From contig NZ_JAVERO010000001.1 in the NCBI RefSeq assembly GCF_034007085.1, positions 2,991 to 66,990 on the forward strand: 64,000 bases of DNA. The letters run 5' to 3'. The translations under genes and the position numbers were made by a program. A model generated the notes under the pieces. It was not told where the DNA came from, made no database searches, and saw only the letters and a program-made list of their open reading frames with translations. How positions within the stretch are numbered: position 1 is the first letter of the stretch; each line of letters opens with the position of its first letter. This document shows, one piece after another, positions 49,154 to 60,207 of the stretch. The DNA comes from Castellaniella sp. Lineage in GTDB: Bacteria > Pseudomonadota > Gammaproteobacteria > Burkholderiales > Burkholderiaceae_B.

Positions 49154-51862
49154 TCAGGCGTAATGCGGATTGGCCTTTTCGGGGTCGATGCCATATTTGG
49201 CAATCGCCTCGGCGCATTGCTTGATATCGATGGCGCCTTCGTCGGCCAGGCTGCGCAAAGCGGCCAGGACCACGAAATGGCGATCGATCTCGAAATGCTT
49301 GCGCAGTTCGGAGCGGAAATCCGAACGGCCAAAGCCATCGGTTCCCAAGACCTTGAGGGAACGCCCCTTGGGCACGAACGGGCGGATCATGTCGCCATAG
49401 GCCTTGATGTAGTCCGTGGAGACGATGATCGGCCCCTGGGTATCCTTGAGCTGGCGCGTCACATACGCTTCCTGGACCGGCTCGGTCGGATGCAACAGAT
49501 TGTGGCGCTCGACGTCCAGGCCATTGCGGCGCAATTCCGAGAAACTGGTCACGCTCCAGACGTCCGAGGTCACGCCCCAGTCCTTTTCCAGCAGTGCCTG
49601 GGCGGCCAGCACTTCGCGCAGAATCGTGCCCGACCCCATCAGCTGGACGTGTTTCTTGGCAGGCTTGGCGCTGGACTGCAGCTTGTACATCCCCTTCAGG
49701 ATGCCTTCCTCGTCGCCCGCCCTCAGGCCCGGCTGGGCGTAGTTCTCGTTCATGACCGTGATGTAGAAGAACACGTCTTCCTGGTCATGCATCATGCGCT
49801 GCAGGCCGCTGCGAATGATGACGGCAACCTCGTGGGCAAAGGCCGGGTCGTAGGCCACGCAATTGGGAATCAGGGAAGCCTGGATATGACTGTGGCCGTC
49901 TTCGTGCTGCAGCCCTTCGCCGTTCAGGGTGGTGCGCCCGGCCGTGCCACCCAGCACGAAACCGCGCGCCAGCATGTCGCCCGCCGCCCAGGCATGATCG
50001 CCGAAACGCTGGAACCCGAACATCGAGTAGTAGATGAAGAACGGGATCATGATGCAGTTGCTGACGGAATAGGACGTCGCCGCCGCAACCCACGAGCTGA
50101 AACCGCCGGCCTCATTGATGCCTTCCTGCAGGAGCTGGCCGTTTTCCGCTTCGCGGTAGTACATCACCTGCCCCTTGTCCACAGGCACGTATTTCTGGCC
50201 TTCGGGGGCGTAGATGCCGATCTGGCGAAACAGGCCTTCCATGCCGAACGTGCGCGATTCGTCCACGAGGATGGGCACCACCCGCGGCGCCAGGTCCTTG
50301 TCGCGCAGAATCTGGTTCAGCACGCGCACGAACGCCTGGGTCGTGGAGATTTCCCGCCCTTCGGCGGTGGGTTCGAGCACGGCCTTGAAGGCATCCAGCG
50401 GCGGCACCGGCAGCGACTGATCGGCCTTGGCGCGCCGGCGCGGCAGGTAGCCGCCCAGCGCCTTGCGGTGCTCGTGCAGGTATTTCATTTCCGGCGAATC
50501 GTCCGCCGGCTTGAAAAACGGAATCTCATCGAGCTTGTCGTCGGGGATGGGGATATTGAATCGGTCGCGGAATTCGCGCACCGAATCGACGTCCAGTTTC
50601 TTTTGCTGATGGGTGGGATTCTTGGCCTGGCCGGCGTGGCCCATGCCATAGCCCTTGATGGTCTTGGCCAGAATGACCGAAGGCTGGCCCTTGTGGCTGG
50701 CCGCCGCCGCGAACGCCGCGTAGACCTTGTGCGGGTCGTGGCCGCCGCGATTCAGGCGCCAGACGTCCTCGTCGCTCATGCGGCTGACCATTTCCAGCAG
50801 CTTCGGGTGCTTGCCGAAGAATTTCTCGCGCACGAACTTGCCATCATTGGCCTTGTAGGCCTGGTATTCGCCGTCCACGGTCTCTTCCATGATGCGGCGC
50901 AAAATGCCTTCCTTGTCACGCGCGAGCAAGGGATCCCAGTAGCCCCCCCAGATCAGCTTGAGCACATTCCAGCCATTGCCGCGGAAAGCGCCCTCGAGTT
51001 CCTGGATGATCTTGCCGTTGCCGCGCACCGGGCCGTCCAGGCGCTGCAGGTTGCAGTTGACGATGAAGATCAGGTTGTCGAGCTTTTCGCGCGAAGCCAG
51101 ACCAATGGCCGCCAGGGTATCGGGTTCATCGACTTCGCCATCACCGACAAAGACCCAGACCTTGCGCTGGGACGTATCGGCCAGCCCCCGGGCATGCAGA
51201 TATTTCAGGAAACGGGCCTGATAGATGGCCAGCATGGGGCCCAGACCCATCGACACCGTCGAGAACTGCCAGAAATTGGGCATCAGTTTCGGGTGCGGAT
51301 AAGAAGACAGGCCCTTGCCCTTGCCGCCGACTTCCTGGCGGAAATAATTCAGGTTTTCCTCGGTCAGGCGGCCTTCGAGGAAGGCGCGGGCATACATGCC
51401 CGGGGATGAATGGCCCTGGAAATACACCAGGTCGCCGCCATGATCGGGCGATTCGGCGTGCCAGAAATGGTTCTGGCCACACTCGATCATGGTCGCCAGC
51501 GATGCGAAGGACGCAATGTGGCCGCCCAGGCTGCCGCCGTCGGCGGGCTCGACCCGGTTGGCCTTGACTACCATGGCCATGGCGTTCCAGCGGATATACG
51601 ATCGGATGCGCTCTTCCAGCACCATATTGCCCGGATGGGCGGGCTCCAGCCCTGGGGGGATCGTGTTGACGTATGCCGTGTTCAGCGAATAGGGAATGTG
51701 TGCGCCGCTGCGGCGGGCCAGGTCGATCAGGCGTTCGATCAGGTAATGGGCTCGTTCCGCGCCTTCGCGGTCAAGCACCGCCTCCAGCGCATCGATCCAT
51801 TCCTGGGTTTCCTGCTGATCGATATCCGCCGCAGCCGCGTGGACTTGGTCAAGAGAGGACAT
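49154..51862 (-). CDS. aceE: Pyruvate dehydrogenase E1 component (homodimeric type)
   Basis: 902 aa from MSSLDQVHAAAADIDQQETQEWIDALE. ThDP motif GDGEVDEPDTLAAI. The upstream 119 codons of ORF 49154..52219 are rejected. Confidence 0.94.
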   Translation of the reverse strand: MSSLDQVHAAAADIDQQETQEWIDALEAVLDREGAERAHYLIERLIDLARRSGAHIPYSLNTAYVNTIPPGLEPAHPGNMVLEERIRSYIRWNAMAMVVKANRVEPADGGSLGGHIASFASLATMIECGQNHFWHAESPDHGGDLVYFQGHSSPGMYARAFLEGRLTEENLNYFRQEVGGKGKGLSSYPHPKLMPNFWQFSTVSMGLGPMLAIYQARFLKYLHARGLADTSQRKVWVFVGDGEVDEPDTLAAIGLASREKLDNLIFIVNCNLQRLDGPVRGNGKIIQELEGAFRGNGWNVLKLIWGGYWDPLLARDKEGILRRIMEETVDGEYQAYKANDGKFVREKFFGKHPKLLEMVSRMSDEDVWRLNRGGHDPHKVYAAFAAAASHKGQPSVILAKTIKGYGMGHAGQAKNPTHQQKKLDVDSVREFRDRFNIPIPDDKLDEIPFFKPADDSPEMKYLHEHRKALGGYLPRRRAKADQSLPVPPLDAFKAVLEPTAEGREISTTQAFVRVLNQILRDKDLAPRVVPILVDESRTFGMEGLFRQIGIYAPEGQKYVPVDKGQVMYYREAENGQLLQEGINEAGGFSSWVAAATSYSVSNCIMIPFFIYYSMFGFQRFGDHAWAAGDMLARGFVLGGTAGRTTLNGEGLQHEDGHSHIQASLIPNCVAYDPAFAHEVAVIIRSGLQRMMHDQEDVFFYITVMNENYAQPGLRAGDEEGILKGMYKLQSSAKPAKKHVQLMGSGTILREVLAAQALLEKDWGVTSDVWSVTSFSELRRNGLDVERHNLLHPTEPVQEAYVTRQLKDTQGPIIVSTDYIKAYGDMIRPFVPKGRSLKVLGTDGFGRSDFRSELRKHFEIDRHFVVLAALRSLADEGAIDIKQCAEAIAKYGIDPEKANPHYA

Positions 51863-52197
51863 GAGGTGTGTCTCCTGTGGTGTGGTTCGATGACGCGACC
51901 ACACATCGCGCCAGCCTGATGAAAAATCCCCCCGTTGCGCCTTCGACCTGCCGCCCCGGGGGAGGCGTTCTTGGCTTGAGCCGGCCTGACGGTGATTCAT
52001 GGGGAAAGGCGCCGGCAGCACCGCAACCACAGTTCCGGGTGCATCTGCATTCCGGGAGCCGACGCTTGCAGCCATTCTAGGAAAGAGCCTGCCCCAGCAC
52101 AAGCAAAATTTCATCAGATGATATGTATTTTTATTATGTGAAAAATTGAATGGGGTTTTCGCGTCTAAAATGGCGCCATCGCTCACTTCACACGTCC

Positions 52198-53949
52198 ATG
52201 GCCACCCCGAACCGCACATCCCTGATTCCGACGACGTTCTACGAGCATGCCCGTCACAGTCGCCGTCTGTACTGGCTGACGCCGGCGGTCGTGCTCGTGC
52301 TCTATTTGTGCGTCATGGGCGCCTTCATCTGGCTGCAGCGCCTGCAGAGCGACAGTGTGATGTTCGTCACCATCGACCAGGAAACGCGCCAGCAACGCCT
52401 GATGATGGTGGTGTTCGCCCTGTCCCTGGTGATTGTATTCAGCCTGCTGGCGCTGTGGCGGTATACCCGTTTCCGCACCCAGGCCGAGGCCGCTCTGATC
52501 GCCGAAACAGGATTTCGCCGCGCCATGGAAAATTCCATGTCCACGGGCATGCGCGTGTTCGACATGCAGGGGCGCATTGCCTACGTCAATCCCGCCTTCT
52601 GTCGCATGATCGGCTGGAACGAGGCCGATCTGATCGGCCGCACTGCCCCTTTCCCCTACTGGCTGCCGGGCCGCCACGACCATCACCGCGAAACCCTGGC
52701 GCAGCTGCTGTCGGGCCGCACTCCCAGCAGCGGCCTGGAAATCGAGGCGCAGCGGCGCGATGGTTCACGCTTTACCGCGCGCATGTATGTCTCGCCCCTG
52801 CGCGACCCCCAGGGTGAACAGATCGGCTGGATGACCTCCATGACCGACATCACCGAGCCCAAACGCATCCGCGAGGCCCTGACAGCCGCGCACGAGCGCT
52901 TCATGACGGTACTCGAAGGGCTGGATGACGCGATTTCCGTCGTGGCCGATACGCCCGAAGGCCTGGAACTGCTGTTTGCCAACCGTACCTACCGCCGCCT
53001 GTTTGGCGCCCAGGCCGGCGGCCATGCAGAACTGCTGGGCGGACGGCTGGGCCGCTTCACCGACGAAACCATGGAACTGTTCTCGGCCACAGCCCAGCGC
53101 TGGTTCGAAGTCCACCACCGGATGCTGGCCTGGACCGATTCCCGGCGCGTGCGCCTGCAGGTGGCGCGCGACATCACCGAACGCCGCAAACACGAAGAAG
53201 AATCCCGCATCCAGCAGGAAAAGGCCCAGCTCACCAGCCGCCTGACCACCATGGGGGAAATGGCCTCGTCCCTGGCGCACGAACTGAACCAGCCGCTGAC
53301 GGCCATCAGCAATTACAATATGGCGGCTGTGGCCATGCTCAAATCGGGCAAGGCGCCGACAGAATCCCTGCTGCAGGCGCTCGAAAAGGCGGCGCAGCAG
53401 GCCGAACGCGCCGGCAAGATCATCAGCCGCATCCGCGAATTCGTGAAACGCAGCGAACCTCGCCGCCAGGCCGTGAACCTGGGCCGGATCGTCGAAAATG
53501 CCGTCAGTTTTGCCGACATCGATGCCCGCAAGCGCCGCATCGAAATCGTCCAGAACCTGCCCGACCCGATGCCCGATGTCCTGGCAGACCCGATTCTGAT
53601 CGAACAGGTGCTGCTGAATCTGCTGAAAAACGGTGTCGAGGCCATGGAACACAGCGAATGCCGCAGCCTGCACGTCCGGATCACCGATCAGCAATCCCAG
53701 ATCGAGATCGCCGTCATCGACCGGGGCCATGGCCTGCGCAACCCCGAACGACTGTTCGAGCCTTTCTACAGCACCAAATCCGAAGGGCTGGGCATGGGCC
53801 TGAACATCTGCCGCACCATCATCGAGTCGCACCACGGACGCCTGTGGGCCAGCGCCAACCCCGAAGGCGGAACGATCTTCCGCTTCACCCTGCCCAAAGC
53901 CCCGCCGCGGCCCCAGTCCACAGAAATCACGGAGGAACAGCACGCATGA
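52198..53949 (+). CDS. PAS-domain sensor histidine kinase (two N-terminal TM segments)
   Basis: TM1 LYWLTPAVVLVLYLCVMGAFIWL, TM2 MMVVFALSLVIVFSLLALW, a PAS domain, H-box HELNQPLTAISNY, N-box LLNLLKNGVEAM, and G boxes DRGHGL/GLGMGL. The start could instead be the ATG at 52150. Confidence 0.85.
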   Translation: MATPNRTSLIPTTFYEHARHSRRLYWLTPAVVLVLYLCVMGAFIWLQRLQSDSVMFVTIDQETRQQRLMMVVFALSLVIVFSLLALWRYTRFRTQAEAALIAETGFRRAMENSMSTGMRVFDMQGRIAYVNPAFCRMIGWNEADLIGRTAPFPYWLPGRHDHHRETLAQLLSGRTPSSGLEIEAQRRDGSRFTARMYVSPLRDPQGEQIGWMTSMTDITEPKRIREALTAAHERFMTVLEGLDDAISVVADTPEGLELLFANRTYRRLFGAQAGGHAELLGGRLGRFTDETMELFSATAQRWFEVHHRMLAWTDSRRVRLQVARDITERRKHEEESRIQQEKAQLTSRLTTMGEMASSLAHELNQPLTAISNYNMAAVAMLKSGKAPTESLLQALEKAAQQAERAGKIISRIREFVKRSEPRRQAVNLGRIVENAVSFADIDARKRRIEIVQNLPDPMPDVLADPILIEQVLLNLLKNGVEAMEHSECRSLHVRITDQQSQIEIAVIDRGHGLRNPERLFEPFYSTKSEGLGMGLNICRTIIESHHGRLWASANPEGGTIFRFTLPKAPPRPQSTEITEEQHA

Positions 53950-54569
53950 GCGACACCCAAACCCCCAGCACCATCTACATCGTCGACGATGACGAGGCGG
54001 TCCGCGATTCCCTGCGCTGGCTGCTCGAAGCCAATGGCTACACCGTGCGCAGCTTTGCCGGCGCCGAGGAATTCCTCGCCGCCTATGATCCAGAACAGGT
54101 CGGCGTGCTGATCGCGGACATCCGCATGCCCGGCATGAGCGGCCTGGAACTGCAGGAAACCCTGATTGCCCGCAAGGCCCCCTTGCCCATCGTCTTCATC
54201 ACCGGCCACGGCGACGTACCGATGGCGGTTTCCACCATGAAAAAAGGCGCCGTCGATTTTCTGGAAAAGCCTTTCAACGAAGCCGACCTGCGGGCGCTGG
54301 TGGCCACCATGCTGGAACAGGCCCGCGAACGCGTGCGCGAAGCCCATGCCCAACGCGATCAACAGGCTGTGCTGGGCCGGCTGACGGCGCGCGAACAACA
54401 GGTGCTGGAACGCATCGTGGCCGGCCGCCTGAACAAACAGATCGCCGGCGATCTGAACATCAGCATCAAGACCGTCGAGGCCCACCGCGCCAACATCATG
54501 GAAAAACTCGAAGTCACCACCGTGGCCGATCTGATGAAGATCGCCCTGACCCGCACCGAGGAGGCCTGA
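53946..54569 (+). CDS. FixJ/LuxR-type two-component response regulator
   Basis: Receiver domain ([26 protein letters not shown]) plus LuxR HTH ([36 protein letters not shown]). ATGA overlap with the kinase gene. Confidence 0.9.
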   Translation: MSDTQTPSTIYIVDDDEAVRDSLRWLLEANGYTVRSFAGAEEFLAAYDPEQVGVLIADIRMPGMSGLELQETLIARKAPLPIVFITGHGDVPMAVSTMKKGAVDFLEKPFNEADLRALVATMLEQARERVREAHAQRDQQAVLGRLTAREQQVLERIVAGRLNKQIAGDLNISIKTVEAHRANIMEKLEVTTVADLMKIALTRTEEA

Positions 54570-54570
54570 C

Positions 54571-55425
54571 ATGAGCGCCCGCATCATCGACGGAAAAGCC
54601 CTGTCCGCCCAGGTACGCAGCCAGGTCGCCGAACGGGTCCGGACGCTCAAGGCCCAAGGCATCACACCGGGACTGGCCGTGGTCCTGGTCGGCGAGGATC
54701 CGGCTTCCCAGGTCTACGTGCGCAACAAGGCCGCCGCCTGCGAGGCCGCCGGCATGTATTCACGCGTCATCCCGCTGGGGGCCGACACCCCCGAGGGTGA
54801 ACTGCTGGACATGATCGAAACGCTCAATGCCGACCCGGCTATCCACGGGATCCTGGTGCAGCTGCCCCTGCCCGGTCACATCGATACCGGCCTGGTCATC
54901 GAAACCATCAGCGCAGCCAAGGACGTGGATGGTTTTCACGTCAGCAATGCCGGCCTGCTGATGACCGGCCGGCCGCTGTTTCGCCCCTGCACGCCCTACG
55001 GCGTGATGAAAATGCTGGAATCCGAACAGGTCCCATTGCGCGGCGCCGAAGCCGTGATCGTGGGCGCCAGCAACATCGTCGGCAAGCCCATGGCCATGCT
55101 GCTGCTGGCGGCGGGGGCGACCGTGACGCTGTGCAATTCCAAGACCCGCGATCTGGGCGCCCAGACCCGCCGGGCGGATGTGCTGGTCGTGGCCACGGGC
55201 CGGCCCGGCATCGTCACAGGCGACATGGTCAAGCCTGGCGCCGTCGTGATCGACGTGGGCATCAATCGGCTCGAATCGGGCAGACTCGTCGGCGATGTGG
55301 ATTTCGATTCGGCTGCGGCGGTCGCTTCCGCGATCACCCCCGTGCCCGGCGGCGTGGGCCCCATGACCATCGCCATGCTGCTGGTCAACACCATTGAAGC
55401 CGCTGAACGCACGCTCCAGGCCTGA
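54571..55425 (+). CDS. folD: Bifunctional methylenetetrahydrofolate dehydrogenase/cyclohydrolase
   Basis: [13 protein letters not shown]-terminus, [15 protein letters not shown], and [16 protein letters not shown]. Confidence 0.95.
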   Translation: MSARIIDGKALSAQVRSQVAERVRTLKAQGITPGLAVVLVGEDPASQVYVRNKAAACEAAGMYSRVIPLGADTPEGELLDMIETLNADPAIHGILVQLPLPGHIDTGLVIETISAAKDVDGFHVSNAGLLMTGRPLFRPCTPYGVMKMLESEQVPLRGAEAVIVGASNIVGKPMAMLLLAAGATVTLCNSKTRDLGAQTRRADVLVVATGRPGIVTGDMVKPGAVVIDVGINRLESGRLVGDVDFDSAAAVASAITPVPGGVGPMTIAMLLVNTIEAAERTLQA

Positions 55426-55469
55426 TCCTCGGACTTGAAAACGGGGGCGCAGCCCCCACCTGCCCCTGC

Positions 55470-57554
55470 ATGAACAGTATCCGCACCGCCGGCAACCCCC
55501 TCCTCGTCCCGGCCGAGGCATTCGTGGACTACGGCGCCGTCCGGCCCGAACACATCGAGCCTGCCGTGCGTGAACTGATCGATGCTTCACGCGCCGCCAT
55601 CGAGGCGGCCGCTGCCTGCACCGATCCACCTGACTGGGACAATCTGGTCGAGGTCATCGAAGACCCCTCCGAACGCCTGCATCGCGCCTGGGCCATTGCC
55701 GGCCACCTGAACAGTGTGGTCAACACGCCGGACCTGCGCGCCGCCTACAACGCCTGCCTGCCCCTGATAAGTGAATTTTTCACCTGGGTCGGCCTGCATC
55801 GCGGCCTGTATGAGCGCTACCGGGCGCTGGCGGCCAGTCCGGCCTTCGAAGCCCTGTCGCCGACCCGTCGACGCATCGTCGAACTGGCCCTGCGCGATTT
55901 CCGTCTCAGCGGTGTCGAACTGCAAGGCACCGCACGCGAAACCTATGCGCGCAACGCCGATCTGCAGGCCCAGGTGTCCCAGAAATTCTCGGAAAACGTG
56001 CTGGATGCCACGGACCACTGGTCCTTGCTGATCACTGATGAAAGCCGCCTCGAAGGCCTGCCGCCCGATGTCCTTGCGGCGGCCGCCCAGGCCGCCCGGT
56101 CGGCCGGTGAGTCTGGCTGGAAACTAACCCTGCACATGCCCTGCTACCTGCCGGTCATGCAGCATGCCAGGGATCGGGAACTGCGCCAGACTCTGTACCG
56201 CGCCCACGCCACCCGCGCCTCGGACCAGGGCGATCCAGCATTCGACAATTCCGAATCCATTGAAACCTTGCTGGCGCTGCGGGCCGAAGAAGCCGCCCTG
56301 CTGGGCCACGCCGACTTTGCCAGCCTGCGCCTGGAAACCCGCATGGCCGACAGCGCCGGGCAAGTGCTGGATTTTCTGCGTGAACTGGCCACCCGGGCCC
56401 GCCCCAGCGCCCAGCGCGACCTGGACGAACTGCGCGCCTTCGCCGCGCGCGAACTGCAGCTGGAATCGCTGGAACCCTGGGATATCGCCTACGCCTCCGA
56501 ACGCCTGCGCGAAAGCCGTTACGCCTATTCCGACGAAGAACTGCGTCCCTATTTCACCGAATCCCGCGTGCTGGATGGCCTGTTCCAGGTCATTCACACC
56601 CTGTTCGGCGTGCGCCTGGAAATCACCGATGCCCCCACCTGGCATGCCGATGCCCGCATCTACCGGGTCCTGGATGCCCAGGACCGGGAACTGGGCCGTT
56701 TGGGCATGGACCTGTATGCCCGGACCGGCAAACAGGGCGGCGCCTGGGTAGACAGCGAACGCAGCCGCCGCGTGCATGCTGGACGGCTGCAGACTCCACT
56801 GGTCTGGTTGACCTGCAATTTCCCCACGCCGCAGGATGGCCGCGAGGCGCTGCTGTCGCATGACGACGTGATCACGCTCTTTCACGAAAGCGGCCACGCC
56901 ATGCACGCACTGCTGTCGCGTGTGGACGACCCCGGCGCAGCGGCCTTCGCAGCCGTCGAATGGGATGCCATCGAACTGCCCTCGCAGTTCATGGAAAATT
57001 TCTGCTGGGAATGGGACGTGCTGCAATCCCTGACCCGCCATGCGGACACCGGCGCTTCCTTGCCGCGTGATCTGTATGATCGGATGATGGCCGCCCGCAA
57101 CTTCCAAAGCGGCCTGCAGACCCTGCGCCAGGTCGAATTCGCCCTGTTCGACATGCTGATCCACACCCAGGCCAGCGGCCTGTCGATCAGCCAGGTCCTG
57201 GATACCCTGGACCAGGTCCGCCAGGAAGTCGCATTGCTGATTCCGCCTGCCTGGCATCGCTTCCCGCATGCCTTTTCGCATCTGTTCGCGGGCGGCTATG
57301 GCGCTGGCTACTACAGCTACAAATGGGCCGAAGTCCTGTCGGCTGACGCCTTCGCAGCGTTCGAGGAAAACGCCCGGCCCGGCGCGGATGGCACGCGCAA
57401 TGTATTCGACCCGGCCACCAGCCGCCGCTATCTGGACGAGATCATCGCCGTCGGGGGCTCGCGCCCGGCTGCGGAATCCTTTCGCGCCTTCCGTGGCCGC
57501 GACCCTGACATCAATGCCCTGCTGCGACACAGCGGGCTGGAGGAAACCCAGTGA
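55470..57554 (+). CDS. prlC: Oligopeptidase A (M3 family zinc peptidase)
   Basis: HESGHAMH (HExxH) followed by a downstream E ligand region; 694 aa typical of PrlC. Confidence 0.9.
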   Translation: MNSIRTAGNPLLVPAEAFVDYGAVRPEHIEPAVRELIDASRAAIEAAAACTDPPDWDNLVEVIEDPSERLHRAWAIAGHLNSVVNTPDLRAAYNACLPLISEFFTWVGLHRGLYERYRALAASPAFEALSPTRRRIVELALRDFRLSGVELQGTARETYARNADLQAQVSQKFSENVLDATDHWSLLITDESRLEGLPPDVLAAAAQAARSAGESGWKLTLHMPCYLPVMQHARDRELRQTLYRAHATRASDQGDPAFDNSESIETLLALRAEEAALLGHADFASLRLETRMADSAGQVLDFLRELATRARPSAQRDLDELRAFAARELQLESLEPWDIAYASERLRESRYAYSDEELRPYFTESRVLDGLFQVIHTLFGVRLEITDAPTWHADARIYRVLDAQDRELGRLGMDLYARTGKQGGAWVDSERSRRVHAGRLQTPLVWLTCNFPTPQDGREALLSHDDVITLFHESGHAMHALLSRVDDPGAAAFAAVEWDAIELPSQFMENFCWEWDVLQSLTRHADTGASLPRDLYDRMMAARNFQSGLQTLRQVEFALFDMLIHTQASGLSISQVLDTLDQVRQEVALLIPPAWHRFPHAFSHLFAGGYGAGYYSYKWAEVLSADAFAAFEENARPGADGTRNVFDPATSRRYLDEIIAVGGSRPAAESFRAFRGRDPDINALLRHSGLEETQ

Positions 57555-58135
57555 AACGCACGCTTCAACATCTGTTGGCCGCCCTGACCCTGTGGACAGG
57601 CGGCATGGGCCTGGCGCTGGCTACCGTGCACCCCGTGCGCGGCTTTCTGCCGGACCTGCAATTCACCCTGAAAGGCGCGGGCGATGTCACCGTCACGCAG
57701 CAGGACTTCTCCGGCAAGGTAGTATTGATGTTCTTCGGCTACGCCAGTTGCCCTGACATCTGCCCCACCACCATGGCGCAGCTGGCCCAGGTGACCGAGG
57801 CCCTGGGGCCTGCCGCCGAACAGGTGCGCATCCTGTTCGTCAGTGTGGATCCCCACCGGGACACACCGGACATCCTGCAGGCCTATGTGGATCAGTTCGA
57901 CCCCCATGCCATCGGCCTGACCGGCGATGAAAAATCCATCGCCGCGCTGGCGCGCCGCTATCGGGTTGCCTACCAGATCCAGCGCCCGGATCCTCAAAAC
58001 CCGGACGCTCCCTATGAAGTCGCCCACAGCCGCGGCATCTATGCCTTCGATCAGCAAGGCAAGGCCGTCTGGCTGGCAGCGGACGGCGAATCCCAGGAAG
58101 AACTGCTCACCGCCGTGAAACCGCTGCTGCACTGA
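57551..58135 (+). CDS. SCO1/SenC-family copper chaperone / thiol-disulfide oxidoreductase
   Basis: FFGYASCPDICP CxxxC motif with a downstream conserved His (VAHS), and a signal/anchor N-terminus. Confidence 0.85.
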   Translation: MKRTLQHLLAALTLWTGGMGLALATVHPVRGFLPDLQFTLKGAGDVTVTQQDFSGKVVLMFFGYASCPDICPTTMAQLAQVTEALGPAAEQVRILFVSVDPHRDTPDILQAYVDQFDPHAIGLTGDEKSIAALARRYRVAYQIQRPDPQNPDAPYEVAHSRGIYAFDQQGKAVWLAADGESQEELLTAVKPLLH

Positions 58136-58139
58136 TCTG

Positions 58140-59537
58140 TCAGGCCGTTTGCCGCACGGCGTCGCGCAGCGCCGTGCGGATGCCTTCTTCGATCGTGGGA
58201 TGGTAGAACGGCAGCCTCAGCATGTCCGGCACGGTCAATTCCATCTGCAAGGCCCAGGCCAGCAAATGGGCGACATGTTCTGCATCTGGACCCACCATTT
58301 CCGCCCCCAGGAAACGCTGGTCGGATTTACGCATGTAGACGTGCAACAGCCCCTGGTTGCGCTGCATCACGCGTGAACGGCCCTGGCGCGTCCAATCGAC
58401 CGCGCCGATGGCGACCGGTTCCAGATCCCCCAGCGCAGCATGGCCGCCGCCCACCTGCATGATCTGCGGATCACTGAACACGATCGCCAGAGGCGCGCGG
58501 CGCGGCAACGCCTGTACATCGGGCCAGGCGGCGGCATTGCGGCCGGCCAGACGGCCATCGTCGGATGCCTCGTGCTGGATGGCATGGCGGCCCGTGACGT
58601 CGCCCGCCATAAACACAGGCTGGCCATGGACCTGCAGCGTGGCCGGATCGAAATGCGGCCGTCCGTGCTCGTCCAGCGGCATCGAGGTGCGTTCCAGATG
58701 GAGTGCTTCCAGTGCCGGATCGCGGCCTGCCGTCAGCAGCACGTGGTCGAAACGTTCCACGGTTTCCGGACTGCCGTCAGCCGACCAGCCCACCACGGCC
58801 TGGTCGCCTTCGCGGCGCACCGTCGTGACCCGGGCGTTCTGGACCAGGGACAGTTCCGGCGCCAGCAAGGCCACGGCCGCCGCGCGCACCAGAGGATCGC
58901 TCAAATGGGCGAAACTGCCCGATCGGTTCAGCAGCCGCACCCGTACGCCCAGGCGCGCGAGCGCCAGGCCCAGTTCGACGCCAATCACACCGGAACCGAC
59001 CACCAGCACGCTGCGCGGCAGGTCACGCCAATCGAATACATCGTCATTGACGATGGCCAGGTCCCCCAGCGGGCGATACGCATCCGGCACATTGGGCCGG
59101 GTGCCCGTGGCCAGGATGATGCGGCGCGCATGCACTTCACGTCCATCCGCTGCCTGCAATACGCCATCGCGCAGAAATTCGACGGGTGCGTCCAGCCGGT
59201 GTTCCGGAGGCATTGCCTGCACATCCTCGACCACGAAACCGACGAAACGGTCGCGTTCGCGCCGCACCCGATCCATCACAGCCACGCCATCGACCCGAGG
59301 CGGGGCATCCAGCCGAATGCCAAACCCGGCTGCATGGCGCATGTCGGCCACGGACTGGGCTGCTGCGATCAGCAGCTTGGATGGCATGCAGCCCACCCGG
59401 GCACACATGGTGCCGTGCGGCCCGCCTTCGATCAGCAGGGGCTTCAGGCCCGCCTTGAGGACTTCCCGGTAGGCCGGCAGGCCGGCCGAGCCGGCGCCGA
59501 TGATGGCGACATCGCAGTCGATGATCCGCTGATTCAT
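58140..59537 (-). CDS. Class I pyridine nucleotide-disulfide oxidoreductase (dihydrolipoyl dehydrogenase-like)
   Basis: DVAIIGAGSAGL FAD motif, redox-active GTMCARVGCMPSK and a C-terminal dimerisation domain. The start is uncertain (59537 or 59552). Confidence 0.78.
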   Translation of the reverse strand: MNQRIIDCDVAIIGAGSAGLPAYREVLKAGLKPLLIEGGPHGTMCARVGCMPSKLLIAAAQSVADMRHAAGFGIRLDAPPRVDGVAVMDRVRRERDRFVGFVVEDVQAMPPEHRLDAPVEFLRDGVLQAADGREVHARRIILATGTRPNVPDAYRPLGDLAIVNDDVFDWRDLPRSVLVVGSGVIGVELGLALARLGVRVRLLNRSGSFAHLSDPLVRAAAVALLAPELSLVQNARVTTVRREGDQAVVGWSADGSPETVERFDHVLLTAGRDPALEALHLERTSMPLDEHGRPHFDPATLQVHGQPVFMAGDVTGRHAIQHEASDDGRLAGRNAAAWPDVQALPRRAPLAIVFSDPQIMQVGGGHAALGDLEPVAIGAVDWTRQGRSRVMQRNQGLLHVYMRKSDQRFLGAEMVGPDAEHVAHLLAWALQMELTVPDMLRLPFYHPTIEEGIRTALRDAVRQTA

Positions 59538-59568
59538 TTCTCGTCTCGTCATAAGCTCGACACTTCGA

Positions 59569-60141
59569 TCAGGCAGGCACCCGCCATTCCGACACATGGT
59601 CGCGCCAGTCTGGCCGCTCGATCGGCTCGGGCGTATCGATCGGCGTGCCTATCGCCAGATAGCCCATGAAACGTTCATCCAGGGGGTCAAAGCCCAGCGC
59701 CTCGCCCACCCCATCCAGGTAGGTGCCCACGCCAGTGCTCCAGAAGGCGCCAAAGCCCAGGGCATGTGCCGCATTGAGCATGTTCATGACGGCTGCGCTC
59801 ACGGCCAGCAGGCTTTCGTGTTCAGGAATGCGGCCGGTGGGATCCGGACGGCAGCCCAGCGCAATCACCAGCGGCACTTTCGACAGCCATTTGCGGGCAT
59901 TGTCCACCTTGGGTTGCGGCAAGGGTTCGCCTGCGGCAATCCCGGCCTGGACGCCCACGTCCACCAGAGCGGGCACATCGGCTCCGCGCACCAGCACAAA
60001 GCGCCAGGGCTTGACTGCACCGTGGTCGGGCGCACGCAGGGCGGCACTCAGAATCAGATCCAGTTGCTCATCGGTCGGGCCGGGGGCCTGGACGAACTTG
60101 ATCGAGCGGCGGCTCAGCACCACATCAAAAAAATCGCTCAT
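59569..60141 (-). CDS. Nitroreductase-family protein
   Basis: VLSRRSIKFV N-terminal FMN-binding motif; 190 aa. Confidence 0.78.
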   Translation of the reverse strand: MSDFFDVVLSRRSIKFVQAPGPTDEQLDLILSAALRAPDHGAVKPWRFVLVRGADVPALVDVGVQAGIAAGEPLPQPKVDNARKWLSKVPLVIALGCRPDPTGRIPEHESLLAVSAAVMNMLNAAHALGFGAFWSTGVGTYLDGVGEALGFDPLDERFMGYLAIGTPIDTPEPIERPDWRDHVSEWRVPA

Positions 60142-60207
60142 TGGAAACACAACCTCGCTTCAAAATCTCCCGAGCGCGCGCCAGCGTTTGCCAGCGCCGG
60201 CAGCACG

